Part shown: piece by piece, positions 38,200 to 46,817 of the stretch
Position numbering within the stretch: position 1 is the first letter of the stretch
Layout of the letters: each line of letters starts with the position of its first letter
Virus record (IMG/VR): IMGVR_UViG_3300005613_000002
Coordinates: 257,625 to 321,624 of that record
Length of the DNA stretch: 64,000 nt
Strand: one strand, 5' to 3'
Notes under the pieces: model-generated
The model's database searches: none
What the model was told of the DNA's origin: nothing
Seen by the model: only the letters and a program-made list of their open reading frames with translations
Made by a program: the position numbers and the translations under genes

Positions 38200-38760
38200 T
38201 TAAAACTTTTTATATTGTTCTGTAAATGGAAAGAACAATATCATCTGTTTTAACAGATAGTCAATCTTCACAATATCATGTGGTGTTCTTTCAGGATTTC
38301 TACCAGTCATGTTATTTTGTAGTTCATTAAACATTGCTAAAACATTCTCAATTAACGTTTCATTTAATAAATCATTTGGTTTACTATTTTTATTTTGTAA
38401 CTCTTGATAAATTTTAGTGTAGTCTTCTTTAGATTGACCCAATTCACTTCTGAGTAGTTCAACCTGTTCAGATAATAATCCTACTTGTTCTTCAAGCCAT
38501 TCTTTACCTTCTGTTTTTCCAGTTACAACATCAGTTTCTGTTTTTCCAGTTATCCCATCTTTATTTGGGATTAAAGAAACTCCTTCTAATAACTTTTCAA
38601 CAGTTTTTTTAGCTTTAATATCTCTTTTTTCTTCAGGACTTTTAACTTTTTCTATTACCTTTTCAGGTTTTTTTCTTGTTGTGGTTTGTCTTTTGACTTT
38701 AGCTTTAGTATTACTACCTTTTCCACCCTTTGCTATATTTGCTAAATTTTTCTTTGCCAT
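38200..38760 (-). CDS. hypothetical protein, basic N-terminus plus coiled coil
   Basis: 186 aa ORF. Confidence 0.7.
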   Translation of the reverse strand: MAKKNLANIAKGGKGSNTKAKVKRQTTTRKKPEKVIEKVKSPEEKRDIKAKKTVEKLLEGVSLIPNKDGITGKTETDVVTGKTEGKEWLEEQVGLLSEQVELLRSELGQSKEDYTKIYQELQNKNSKPNDLLNETLIENVLAMFNELQNNMTGRNPERTPHDIVKIDYLLKQMILFFPFTEQYKKF

Positions 38761-38762
38761 AA

Positions 38763-40256
38763 TTATTTATCTATTATTAAATTTGAATTTAAATGCGCAA
38801 TCAATCCAGTTTCATCATTCCAAATAAATGCTTCACCTGCTTTTGTTGCACCAATAAAACCTTTTTTATGATGCCATTCTTCAGTGCCTGTAAGACTTGA
38901 TAAATACCTTACTGTAACACCTAAATCTTCATCAGTCATCCTATTTTTATCTAGTGTAACATATTTCATATTTCTTTTACGATGAATATGTCCTAAATGC
39001 CATTCATGAAATAATGTTTCACTCCACAATGGTTTTGATTCAATATCGCTTGCCATTAATAATGGTAAACTACTTTCTTTTTCCTCTGAACCATGTGTTA
39101 TCCCTAGTAATACTTTTCCAAATCGATAATATTTTCTTGGTGATGCACCATTATTTATATTTACCATTTGGTCATTATTAAACCATGCACCTAAAAATTC
39201 ACCCAAATAATAACTTCGTTCGAAATCATGATTCCCGGGAACTACCATAACATCAACAGGCACACCTGTTTCTTTTAACATATTAATTGCATCAACTAAT
39301 AAACTACAACCAACCTGAAAAGTTTTTTGCCAACGCAAATCTTCATCTTGTGGAGTTCCTTTTGTTGTTGTGTTTAACATAGTATCACTATTAAAGAAAT
39401 CACTACCAATTGGAAAGAATATCTTTGAAAATTCAAAACCACTTGCCCTTTCAATCAATTTCTTAATTGTTTTTAAATATCGAGTACGAGCAATTTTCGT
39501 ATCATAATTTTCACCAGTTTCACCACCCCATGCAAGTTTACCAATATGTAAATCGAATAATGTGACTTCGAAAAGATTATTTTCCTTATTATCTTTTGTT
39601 TGTTTAGGTGTATAATATGTGACAGGTGGTTTATAATTCTGAGTCATTTCTTGAAATATCTCACCAATTCCTCTTTCCCTAACTGTCTTAATATCTCGTT
39701 CTAATCTTGCTTTAACTTGCCAATTTTGGTATGTTCTAGGTATTAACTCACCACCTTCATTGACTTTCATTGTCACATCCCATTTATTTACCACATGAGA
39801 CACTGGTTTCCATACTTCGGTATCTACATTAGTTGCTGCTAATAATTGCTCTAAAGTCCTTACATGGTCTTTAGGATAGTTACTACCACCAACCCACTCA
39901 TACTCTGCTTCATTACCATTTTTTTGATTAAAAGTCTCACGATTACCAACTTTAGGAATATCTCTTGGTTTATTCTTTTCGCCTACCATATTTGAATTAG
40001 ATGTAGTTGTTGAGACTTTTTTTGTTTTTTTATGTAGATATTCTTCATATGGGATTTGAAACTTATTATAAAGATTCACATCAAGTTCACCTACGTCAAA
40101 TCGCTGATGAACCATTGCTTTTATATTTTTTACATAAGTGTCGGAAAATCCAGCTTTCACAGAAGCTACTTTTACCGACACATCATTTTCTATAGCAAAT
40201 CCAATAATTTTAACAGCATTATCAATTCTCTCAAAAATTGTTGTTCTTTTTGTCAT
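38763..40256 (-). CDS. calcineurin-like metallophosphoesterase with N-terminal extension
   Basis: DLHIG, GSDFFN, GNHD, THG, GHIH. Confidence 0.85.
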   Translation of the reverse strand: MTKRTTIFERIDNAVKIIGFAIENDVSVKVASVKAGFSDTYVKNIKAMVHQRFDVGELDVNLYNKFQIPYEEYLHKKTKKVSTTTSNSNMVGEKNKPRDIPKVGNRETFNQKNGNEAEYEWVGGSNYPKDHVRTLEQLLAATNVDTEVWKPVSHVVNKWDVTMKVNEGGELIPRTYQNWQVKARLERDIKTVRERGIGEIFQEMTQNYKPPVTYYTPKQTKDNKENNLFEVTLFDLHIGKLAWGGETGENYDTKIARTRYLKTIKKLIERASGFEFSKIFFPIGSDFFNSDTMLNTTTKGTPQDEDLRWQKTFQVGCSLLVDAINMLKETGVPVDVMVVPGNHDFERSYYLGEFLGAWFNNDQMVNINNGASPRKYYRFGKVLLGITHGSEEKESSLPLLMASDIESKPLWSETLFHEWHLGHIHRKRNMKYVTLDKNRMTDEDLGVTVRYLSSLTGTEEWHHKKGFIGATKAGEAFIWNDETGLIAHLNSNLIIDK

Positions 40257-40331
40257 TTTATATTGATTAGATTAAATTATTTAATTCTTATTTCATCAAA
40301 AATACTACGAAATAATCAAAACCACAAGGTT

Positions 40332-40640
40332 TTATATAAATACATTACCACTTTTTTTCAATAATACTAAGTTTTCTTCAATTTTTTTACACATTTCGAT
40401 AAAATTAACTTCAACATCAACAGACAAATCAAACCATTCACCCTCTTTTTTATAATGAGCAAATCTTCTTTTTAATGTTCCCTCAATTTTATAAGCTAAA
40501 TCAGTACTATACACCTCAATTAATTTTAATGGTGATGGATTACCCGTCTGATGTTCAGATAATCGTTTTTGTGGATGTTTAGATACACCAATTTTATAAT
40601 AACTGTCTTCTAATGATTGAATTAAATATACACAATTCAT
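40332..40640 (-). CDS. T5orf172/GIY-YIG-like domain protein
   Basis: VYLIQ...YKIGVSKHPQKRLSEHQTGNP...E...GEWF. Confidence 0.85.
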   Translation of the reverse strand: MNCVYLIQSLEDSYYKIGVSKHPQKRLSEHQTGNPSPLKLIEVYSTDLAYKIEGTLKRRFAHYKKEGEWFDLSVDVEVNFIEMCKKIEENLVLLKKSGNVFI

Positions 40641-40644
40641 AAAT

Positions 40645-41313
40645 TTATATCGATAAATATTTATTTTCCCAATATTCCTTGGATATTATCCCTAATTTAA
40701 TTAAACCTGCAATACCAACAACAAAACTATCACTCATATCAAAATTCATATCTTTAGGTGTTCCGTTTCTTTTATAAAACCATTCAATTTGTGGTTCTAA
40801 TTTACAAACTTTTTCCCAAATAAACAACTTCTTTTTCTTTCTATATTCAACAGGGAATGATAATGTTTCAACTTTCTCACCTTTTCTATATGATGTTTTA
40901 ATTAAATCAACACAAAATTCTTTTCTGGAATCATGTACACTAATCTTCATCGAATAATAATTAAATATTTGGTATATTATATATGAACAAATACCATTAA
41001 AACCAAATAATAAAGATGCTGTTGTTGGATTAACACTTCCACCTAATGGTTCTTCGATGATAACATGTTCAATTTCTCCATTTAATTCTTTTAATACTCG
41101 TTCTTTAAACTCTAACACATATTCCTTAAAAATTTCAGCCTTATGAATAATTCTATCTTTAATTGGTACGTCTTTACTTAATTTCAACTCAAGATGTTTT
41201 AATTCAATTAATTTCCCATTAGAATCCCACAATGCGCTACCAATGTTTGTAGTACTTATATCAAGTGACCATATATATTTTTCCATATTATGAATTGTCT
41301 TTATATTCATCAA
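40645..41313 (-). CDS. ruvC: RuvC-like Holliday junction resolvase
   Basis: SLDISTTNIG, IIEEP, DMSDS catalytic acidic set. Confidence 0.78.
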   Translation of the reverse strand: MMNIKTIHNMEKYIWSLDISTTNIGSALWDSNGKLIELKHLELKLSKDVPIKDRIIHKAEIFKEYVLEFKERVLKELNGEIEHVIIEEPLGGSVNPTTASLLFGFNGICSYIIYQIFNYYSMKISVHDSRKEFCVDLIKTSYRKGEKVETLSFPVEYRKKKKLFIWEKVCKLEPQIEWFYKRNGTPKDMNFDMSDSFVVGIAGLIKLGIISKEYWENKYLSI

Positions 41314-41485
41314 TCATTTTCTGCAATTTTTTTGGACTATCTAAATATAATCCAATTAAATCTTCTATTACTCCACCAATTTTCATACTTTTACCTTTAC
41401 ATAAGGTTTTAAAATCTTTATGTAGGTCACCATTAATTATAACAGATTTTGGTTTAGTTACATTAATTATCATTGAGTCTTTCAT
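41288..41485 (-). CDS. small ribbon-helix-helix-like DNA-binding protein
   Basis: KSVIINGDLHKDFKTLCKGKSMKIGGVIEDLI pattern; AGTATTTAT at 41518-41526. Confidence 0.55.
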   Translation of the reverse strand: MKDSMIINVTKPKSVIINGDLHKDFKTLCKGKSMKIGGVIEDLIGLYLDSPKKLQKMIDEYKDNS

Positions 41486-41563
41486 TTATTATATTTTTTT
41501 AGTTAAAATAATTTATAATAAATACTAAGAAATTATAAAAAAATATAAAAATTTAGATTTTAA

Positions 41564-42310
41564 TTAAAAATCAACTGCGAAGACTATTGTTCTTGAAATT
41601 GATGAATCTTTATCTATTGGATTATTTAGTTTACCAATTGCAACTAAATTTTTATTTTCATCATAAATACCGATTTCACTTATAACTACTTTATCACCAT
41701 CCCAAGTCTCATTAGTGGATGAATTAAATTCATTTAATGGTAGTACTACTGATATATTTGTCGTATATGCAATTGCTTTAATTTCAGTAGATACATTTCC
41801 TAAGAAAAATTCTTCATCACCAAAAGCCATTTCATCTTCATCATTAAATGTTGGATAATCAATATAATCATGTAAGACATACGTAGTAAATGAATCGTAA
41901 TTCAATAATGGGATTTTAAATGTTTGTTGTGTTAATTCAGCAGCAGTTAATGCATTACCTTCAAATGGTTCACCAGAACCATGACCATGTATTTGTGTAG
42001 TTAAATCGTATTCTTTCCATAAAGCAGGGTCAGATTTAACTTCATCTAATGTTGTAAAACCAGAATTATTAACAATTTGTACTAAAGCATAAATATTATG
42101 TATTGTATATCCACCAGTATTATTGTTAATGTCATCATTTAAAAATTTAAAATCATTAATATCATCAAAAGCTATTGATACCTCTTGTAAGTACGGGTCA
42201 CCAGTTTCTAAATATAATGATTTAATATAATTGCAATGTATTGACTTACTTTGCCCATTATTTGGGACTAATATGTATGTTGTATATACTGTATAACCGC
42301 TTGCTGCCAT
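41564..42310 (-). CDS. virion structural protein (tail-collar/baseplate-type C-terminal motif)
   Basis: C-terminal ISEIGIYDENKNLVAIGKL resembles DUF3751-type collar motif; AGTATTTAT at 42326-42334. Confidence 0.55.
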   Translation of the reverse strand: MAASGYTVYTTYILVPNNGQSKSIHCNYIKSLYLETGDPYLQEVSIAFDDINDFKFLNDDINNNTGGYTIHNIYALVQIVNNSGFTTLDEVKSDPALWKEYDLTTQIHGHGSGEPFEGNALTAAELTQQTFKIPLLNYDSFTTYVLHDYIDYPTFNDEDEMAFGDEEFFLGNVSTEIKAIAYTTNISVVLPLNEFNSSTNETWDGDKVVISEIGIYDENKNLVAIGKLNNPIDKDSSISRTIVFAVDF

Positions 42311-42350
42311 TGTTTAATATTTTCTATAAATACTATCAAAATAATATTTT

Positions 42351-43151
42351 TTAATTATGCACAAATAGTATCTTTTTTATCTTCACAATTTTTTCATCAG
42401 GGAAATTTTTTATGAACTTCTTAACATATTTTGAATCAGCACTATATGATTTAGTTAAATCAATTTGTTGTGATAAATCCCTTCTTGTTGCAAATGCTCC
42501 CATATCTATATAACCATCATTAATGCGAGTATTAAAATGTTTATAGTTATATCCATTATGAATCATATCCCAATATATTAGACCAACTTTTTCATTACTA
42601 ATTATTTGATTTAACTCACTAATAAATGTTGGGACATAATAATTATCATCACCTGTTAAAATTATATAATCACTACTACTTGCTTGTTTTCCAATATTTC
42701 TTGGTGTATGACCCCAATCATTATATCTTTTTCCTAAAAACATATAATGAATATTTTTCGAATCAAATTTAGAAACAATATCTTTAACTCTATTATTTTC
42801 CACATCATCTACAACAATTGTTGCTTTCCAATTATCATCAATTTGTGCTACTAATGATGATAATATTACATATAATTGTTTTACCCTATTATAGGTTGGA
42901 ATAATAAATTCAATAGTCGATGGTTTGGTTGTGACAGTATTAGAATCAAACACTAAACCTCTTTCCTTAACAACAATATGTTTCGTAACATTATCTTCAA
43001 TATAATCAACAATTAAAACCTTGCGAATATTTTTATTAGTATCACCAAATGTATCGTTGTTTGCATGAATTTTTTTATTAGAATTAACTAAAGTTTGTAA
43101 TTTTTTACTCACATCAACACCACCATATTTTGCTTTAATAATTTTAATCAT
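42351..43151 (-). CDS. GT2 glycosyltransferase with N-terminal SUEL/Gal-lectin-like domain
   Basis: N-term IKAKYG...ANNDTFGD...KVLIVDY; then IIPTYNR, VVDD, RNIG, TGDDNYY. Confidence 0.85.
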   Translation of the reverse strand: MIKIIKAKYGGVDVSKKLQTLVNSNKKIHANNDTFGDTNKNIRKVLIVDYIEDNVTKHIVVKERGLVFDSNTVTTKPSTIEFIIPTYNRVKQLYVILSSLVAQIDDNWKATIVVDDVENNRVKDIVSKFDSKNIHYMFLGKRYNDWGHTPRNIGKQASSSDYIILTGDDNYYVPTFISELNQIISNEKVGLIYWDMIHNGYNYKHFNTRINDGYIDMGAFATRRDLSQQIDLTKSYSADSKYVKKFIKNFPDEKIVKIKKILFVHN

Positions 43152-43160
43152 TCTTAAATA

Positions 43161-44033
43161 TTATTTAAACAAATACATATAATCAGCATGATTTCCCCAA
43201 TATGAATGATTTTTATAAGTATTGGTTTGTTTATATATTGAATTATGTGATGTAAAATGGACACCATGATTAATATGAATTGCTTCATTTTTACAATTCC
43301 ATTGATTTCTTTTTAATGTTTGAGTTTCAATCATACCACTATTTGTTCTTAATGCATTAGGCAATATACGTTCACAATGTTTAATCGCATCATTAAACCT
43401 CATAGTCATTTGATGAAACGGTTCATCATTTTGTCCTCTACGTTGCCATCCATTAGTGTTTATACCACCATAATTCATGTTAGTTAATACTTGACCATCT
43501 TCAAACTCTGGATAATCAAAATAACCTTCTGGATACATTACATCATGTTCTAAAAAAGAAACATATTCATAATTATTCATTTCTTCTGCATTATATAAAC
43601 ATTGCATAATCTGAAGCAACTGATTTAAATGAGATTGTGATGTATACCAACTCTTAATTTCATGGAAAGGATTATTAGGAATATGATTCCAAACACATGA
43701 TATAATATCTACTTTTTGTTCACTGGCTTTTTTTATTGTATCTAATGATTTATCAATTGCTGTATAAATTTTTGGTTTATTATTATTCGAATAAAATATA
43801 CCCAAACGGTTAGTGTTTAATTTTGGAATAGTTAATAAACTACCTTCTCTAACTTTTTCATTAAATTCAACACCATTAATTTCACCACTTATTTCAAGAA
43901 ATTTAACTTGATTAACTTTAGGGTCGCCAATAATTCTATTATCTGCACGTATTACTAATCTATTATTTATTATTCTTGACCGTATGGCAGATAAACAATC
44001 CTTATTACCGTATGTTGCTTTTGTTATTTTCAT
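43161..44033 (-). CDS. GT-A glycosyltransferase with N-terminal SUEL/Gal-lectin-like domain
   Basis: N-term ITKATYG...ADNRIIGDP...KFLEI; YVSFLEHDVMYP (DxD-like), HINHG. Confidence 0.7.
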   Translation of the reverse strand: MKITKATYGNKDCLSAIRSRIINNRLVIRADNRIIGDPKVNQVKFLEISGEINGVEFNEKVREGSLLTIPKLNTNRLGIFYSNNNKPKIYTAIDKSLDTIKKASEQKVDIISCVWNHIPNNPFHEIKSWYTSQSHLNQLLQIMQCLYNAEEMNNYEYVSFLEHDVMYPEGYFDYPEFEDGQVLTNMNYGGINTNGWQRRGQNDEPFHQMTMRFNDAIKHCERILPNALRTNSGMIETQTLKRNQWNCKNEAIHINHGVHFTSHNSIYKQTNTYKNHSYWGNHADYMYLFK

Positions 44034-44042
44034 ATTTTAAAA

Positions 44043-45014
44043 TTATAAAAGTACTGATTTTTTCCCAACTTTTTGAACATATTGATAATAATGCCAACTT
44101 GCTGTATTGGGTTTAATTTTCAAATTTTCATTATATGGCAATTTGTTCATATATGCAGATTTATAAAATAAACCACTTTTTGCATTAACAACACCAGCAT
44201 TATGGAATATGTTATATTTATACCATAAATTTTCACCTGATGAACCCCAACTAAATTGTAAATCATCATGACATACAGTTTCTTTACCCATTTTCCAAGC
44301 ATTCCACAAAACTGCCCACATATCTGAACACCAAATTTGTATAGTGTGATATGGTGGTTTTTTTTCTTCAGGATGTGCTTTCCTATATTCTTCGTCAGCA
44401 GCTACTTTTATTTTATTTAATTGTGTTATTTCTTTAAATAATTTTTCACTATCTTTTTCAACAGTATCCCAGAATTTCCAATCAATATCTTTTAAAATAT
44501 ATTGAGCACCAATAGCATTTAGTTCATTATCTTTAACTACTTGTTTATCAATATCAATAATTTCACACATTTTATCTAAAACATCAACACCTTTACCTAA
44601 AATATAGTCATGCGCAATATACCAACGAGTATCAGAACCATACCATTTATCATCATTTAAAAACTGTTCCCAATTAATTTTATTTTTAAATATTATATCA
44701 TTATCATGATAAAAAATTGCATCATTTTTTAATTCGGGTCTAGCTAACCAGTGTTGTTTTAATATATTTGGTCTGATAGATGAAGTATAATGTTTAGTTT
44801 CTCTAGTATCATTATAGAAAAACCAACGAACATATTTATAATGATTAGCGAGTTTTCGCCATTCTGGTGGAGTAACACCATCTTTAATTTGACATACAAT
44901 ATCAATATTATTTGGAAATATTCCCATTTCCAAAAAATTATTAATCATTACTTCAACCTGCCATGTATAATATGGTGTAGCAGGTTGAGCACAAACAAAT
45001 CTTAAATTTCTCAT
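44043..45014 (-). CDS. peptidyl O-glycosyltransferase-like protein (plant HPAT GT95 / SGT1 GT96-like)
   Basis: Collinear motifs YYTWQVEVM, Y...RP...Q, IFYHDNDIIF, IG, WCSDMWA, IFHNAG, FYKSAY. Confidence 0.68.
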   Translation of the reverse strand: MRNLRFVCAQPATPYYTWQVEVMINNFLEMGIFPNNIDIVCQIKDGVTPPEWRKLANHYKYVRWFFYNDTRETKHYTSSIRPNILKQHWLARPELKNDAIFYHDNDIIFKNKINWEQFLNDDKWYGSDTRWYIAHDYILGKGVDVLDKMCEIIDIDKQVVKDNELNAIGAQYILKDIDWKFWDTVEKDSEKLFKEITQLNKIKVAADEEYRKAHPEEKKPPYHTIQIWCSDMWAVLWNAWKMGKETVCHDDLQFSWGSSGENLWYKYNIFHNAGVVNAKSGLFYKSAYMNKLPYNENLKIKPNTASWHYYQYVQKVGKKSVLL

Positions 45015-45064
45015 ACTAATAAAATTATACTTTTTTTTTGACTGTTCAAAGTGTTTTATAAAAT

Positions 45065-46771
45065 TTAATTCACAAAAACAGTACCTGTTGAATGTACTTC
45101 ACCATCTATTTCTAATACCCATAAACGTGTAGTTGATATTATTACACCATTAACTTTTCCATCCCAAGGATTTTCAACATAATCATTTGTTCTTTGATAT
45201 AATAAACTACCATCTCTAGTAAATATTGACATTCTATGAACTGGATAACAATCTAAATTCCAAACCTCAAAATAATCATGAATTCCATCATTTAATGTTG
45301 GTGAAAAACCTTCAGGTACAAATATAACACAATCGGATGGTTCAGGAGGTCCTTCAGTAGTTGTTGGTGTAACACAATAACTCACATTAAATGTAATTGT
45401 TGCTGTATTACTCCAATTTGGATTATTATCTGTTCTAACTTGAAATTCAACAGTATCCACATATGAACCCGTCATTAATCCAGATGTTCTATAAAAAATA
45501 CGACTATCAAATTCAAATGGATATGGTATTATTTCATTTTCAACAATTGGCACTATCGCACCTTTGCTAAATTCACCATATTGTGGTAAAGTAGTTATTT
45601 TTATTGCATTAATTGAGTCACCATCATAATCGCTATATGGAAACCAACTAAGGTCTGGATATGATGATACTGATGATGAACATACCGTAATCCATCTAGT
45701 AATAGTAACTGTGTTATCATATGCAACTGGTGGTTGATTAACCCCACAATCAATAATATCATTGCAACAGGTAGTACAAATATCATCAATCCATTCTACA
45801 TCAAAAAATTCAAAACCTGAAGTCCCATATTTGTATGATGGTTCAATCGTACTACAAATTTTTATTCTAATACCATCAACATATCCACCATCATCTTCAA
45901 ATTCTACCCAACTTAATGAATTAGAACCACCACCAACTAAATAATACGTAATATATAATTCATCAAACGCTTCGTCTTCTAAATCATCATATGGAATATC
46001 TAATGTGTAACAATTAGCTAAATATATTGGTGGTTCAGTTGTTGTTGGTTCTATTGTTGTAGTTGTTGTAGGTTCTAATGTAGTTGGCTCAACAGTTGTT
46101 GTTGGCTCTGCTGTAGTTGTTGGTTCAACCGTTGTAGTTGATGAACAAATAACCTCAATCATTTTAGCAACAATATTTGTTGGATTATTAACATCTCTTA
46201 CAACTGCCCAATAAATACCATCTGATATAGCTAAATATGAATATGGATTAAGACCAACATCAAATGATGTTGTGTTTAATGCTTGAGATTCTGTTAAGCT
46301 TAAATAACTTCCAACTTCATAAACACCAGAACCACCATAATAATTTTCTAATATTACCTCAGATAAAAATGGTGTACATTCAAATCTTATATCATAGTCT
46401 ATTGGTGTTTGTGGTTCTACTGTCGTTGTTGGCTCAATTGTAGTTGTAGTTGGTGGTGTTACATTTGGGTCACACTCAATTGGGTCATATTCAATATTAT
46501 CATTAACTTGACTTTCATCAATTGAAATTTCTTCTATTTCATTAACATATAATATAAAAATACTCACTAAATTATTATATGTTGTAGCTGACATATATGA
46601 TAATTCATTATCATTAGGAATTGTATACTGAACACCATGATACGTAAAATATCCGTTAGCAATATCAGTTGCTGTTGGATATGTTTTAGGATATCCATCA
46701 TCAATAATTCCATCAGTTCTTTTTGTTACTGAAACATATAATGACCTTTTATATCCTGAATATTCTGACAT
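45065..46771 (-). CDS. virion fibre-like protein: shared N-terminal anchor, Thr-rich linkers, Ig/cadherin-like domain, T9SS type-B CTD
   Basis: MSEYSGYKRSL anchor; TTTVEP repeats; NQPPVAYD...ATITFNV; VPEGFSP..NDGIHDYF...IFTRDG...WDG. Confidence 0.7.
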   Translation of the reverse strand: MSEYSGYKRSLYVSVTKRTDGIIDDGYPKTYPTATDIANGYFTYHGVQYTIPNDNELSYMSATTYNNLVSIFILYVNEIEEISIDESQVNDNIEYDPIECDPNVTPPTTTTIEPTTTVEPQTPIDYDIRFECTPFLSEVILENYYGGSGVYEVGSYLSLTESQALNTTSFDVGLNPYSYLAISDGIYWAVVRDVNNPTNIVAKMIEVICSSTTTVEPTTTAEPTTTVEPTTLEPTTTTTIEPTTTEPPIYLANCYTLDIPYDDLEDEAFDELYITYYLVGGGSNSLSWVEFEDDGGYVDGIRIKICSTIEPSYKYGTSGFEFFDVEWIDDICTTCCNDIIDCGVNQPPVAYDNTVTITRWITVCSSSVSSYPDLSWFPYSDYDGDSINAIKITTLPQYGEFSKGAIVPIVENEIIPYPFEFDSRIFYRTSGLMTGSYVDTVEFQVRTDNNPNWSNTATITFNVSYCVTPTTTEGPPEPSDCVIFVPEGFSPTLNDGIHDYFEVWNLDCYPVHRMSIFTRDGSLLYQRTNDYVENPWDGKVNGVIISTTRLWVLEIDGEVHSTGTVFVN

Positions 46772-46786
46772 CTAATTCTTTTTATT

Positions 46787-46795
46787 TTAAATACT
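46787..46795 (-). promoter_or_regulatory. late promoter variant AGTATTTAA
   Basis: Within a ~30-nt leader identical to that at 51156-51185. Confidence 0.55.
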
Positions 46796-46817
46796 TTATT
46801 TATTATTATTAAAACAA

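Noticed and set aside
40336-40343. Late promoter for the metallophosphoesterase
   Set aside because: ATAAATAC occurs here but about 80 nt from the start, inside the end of another ORF and without the usual flanking base; it may be chance in AT-rich DNA.
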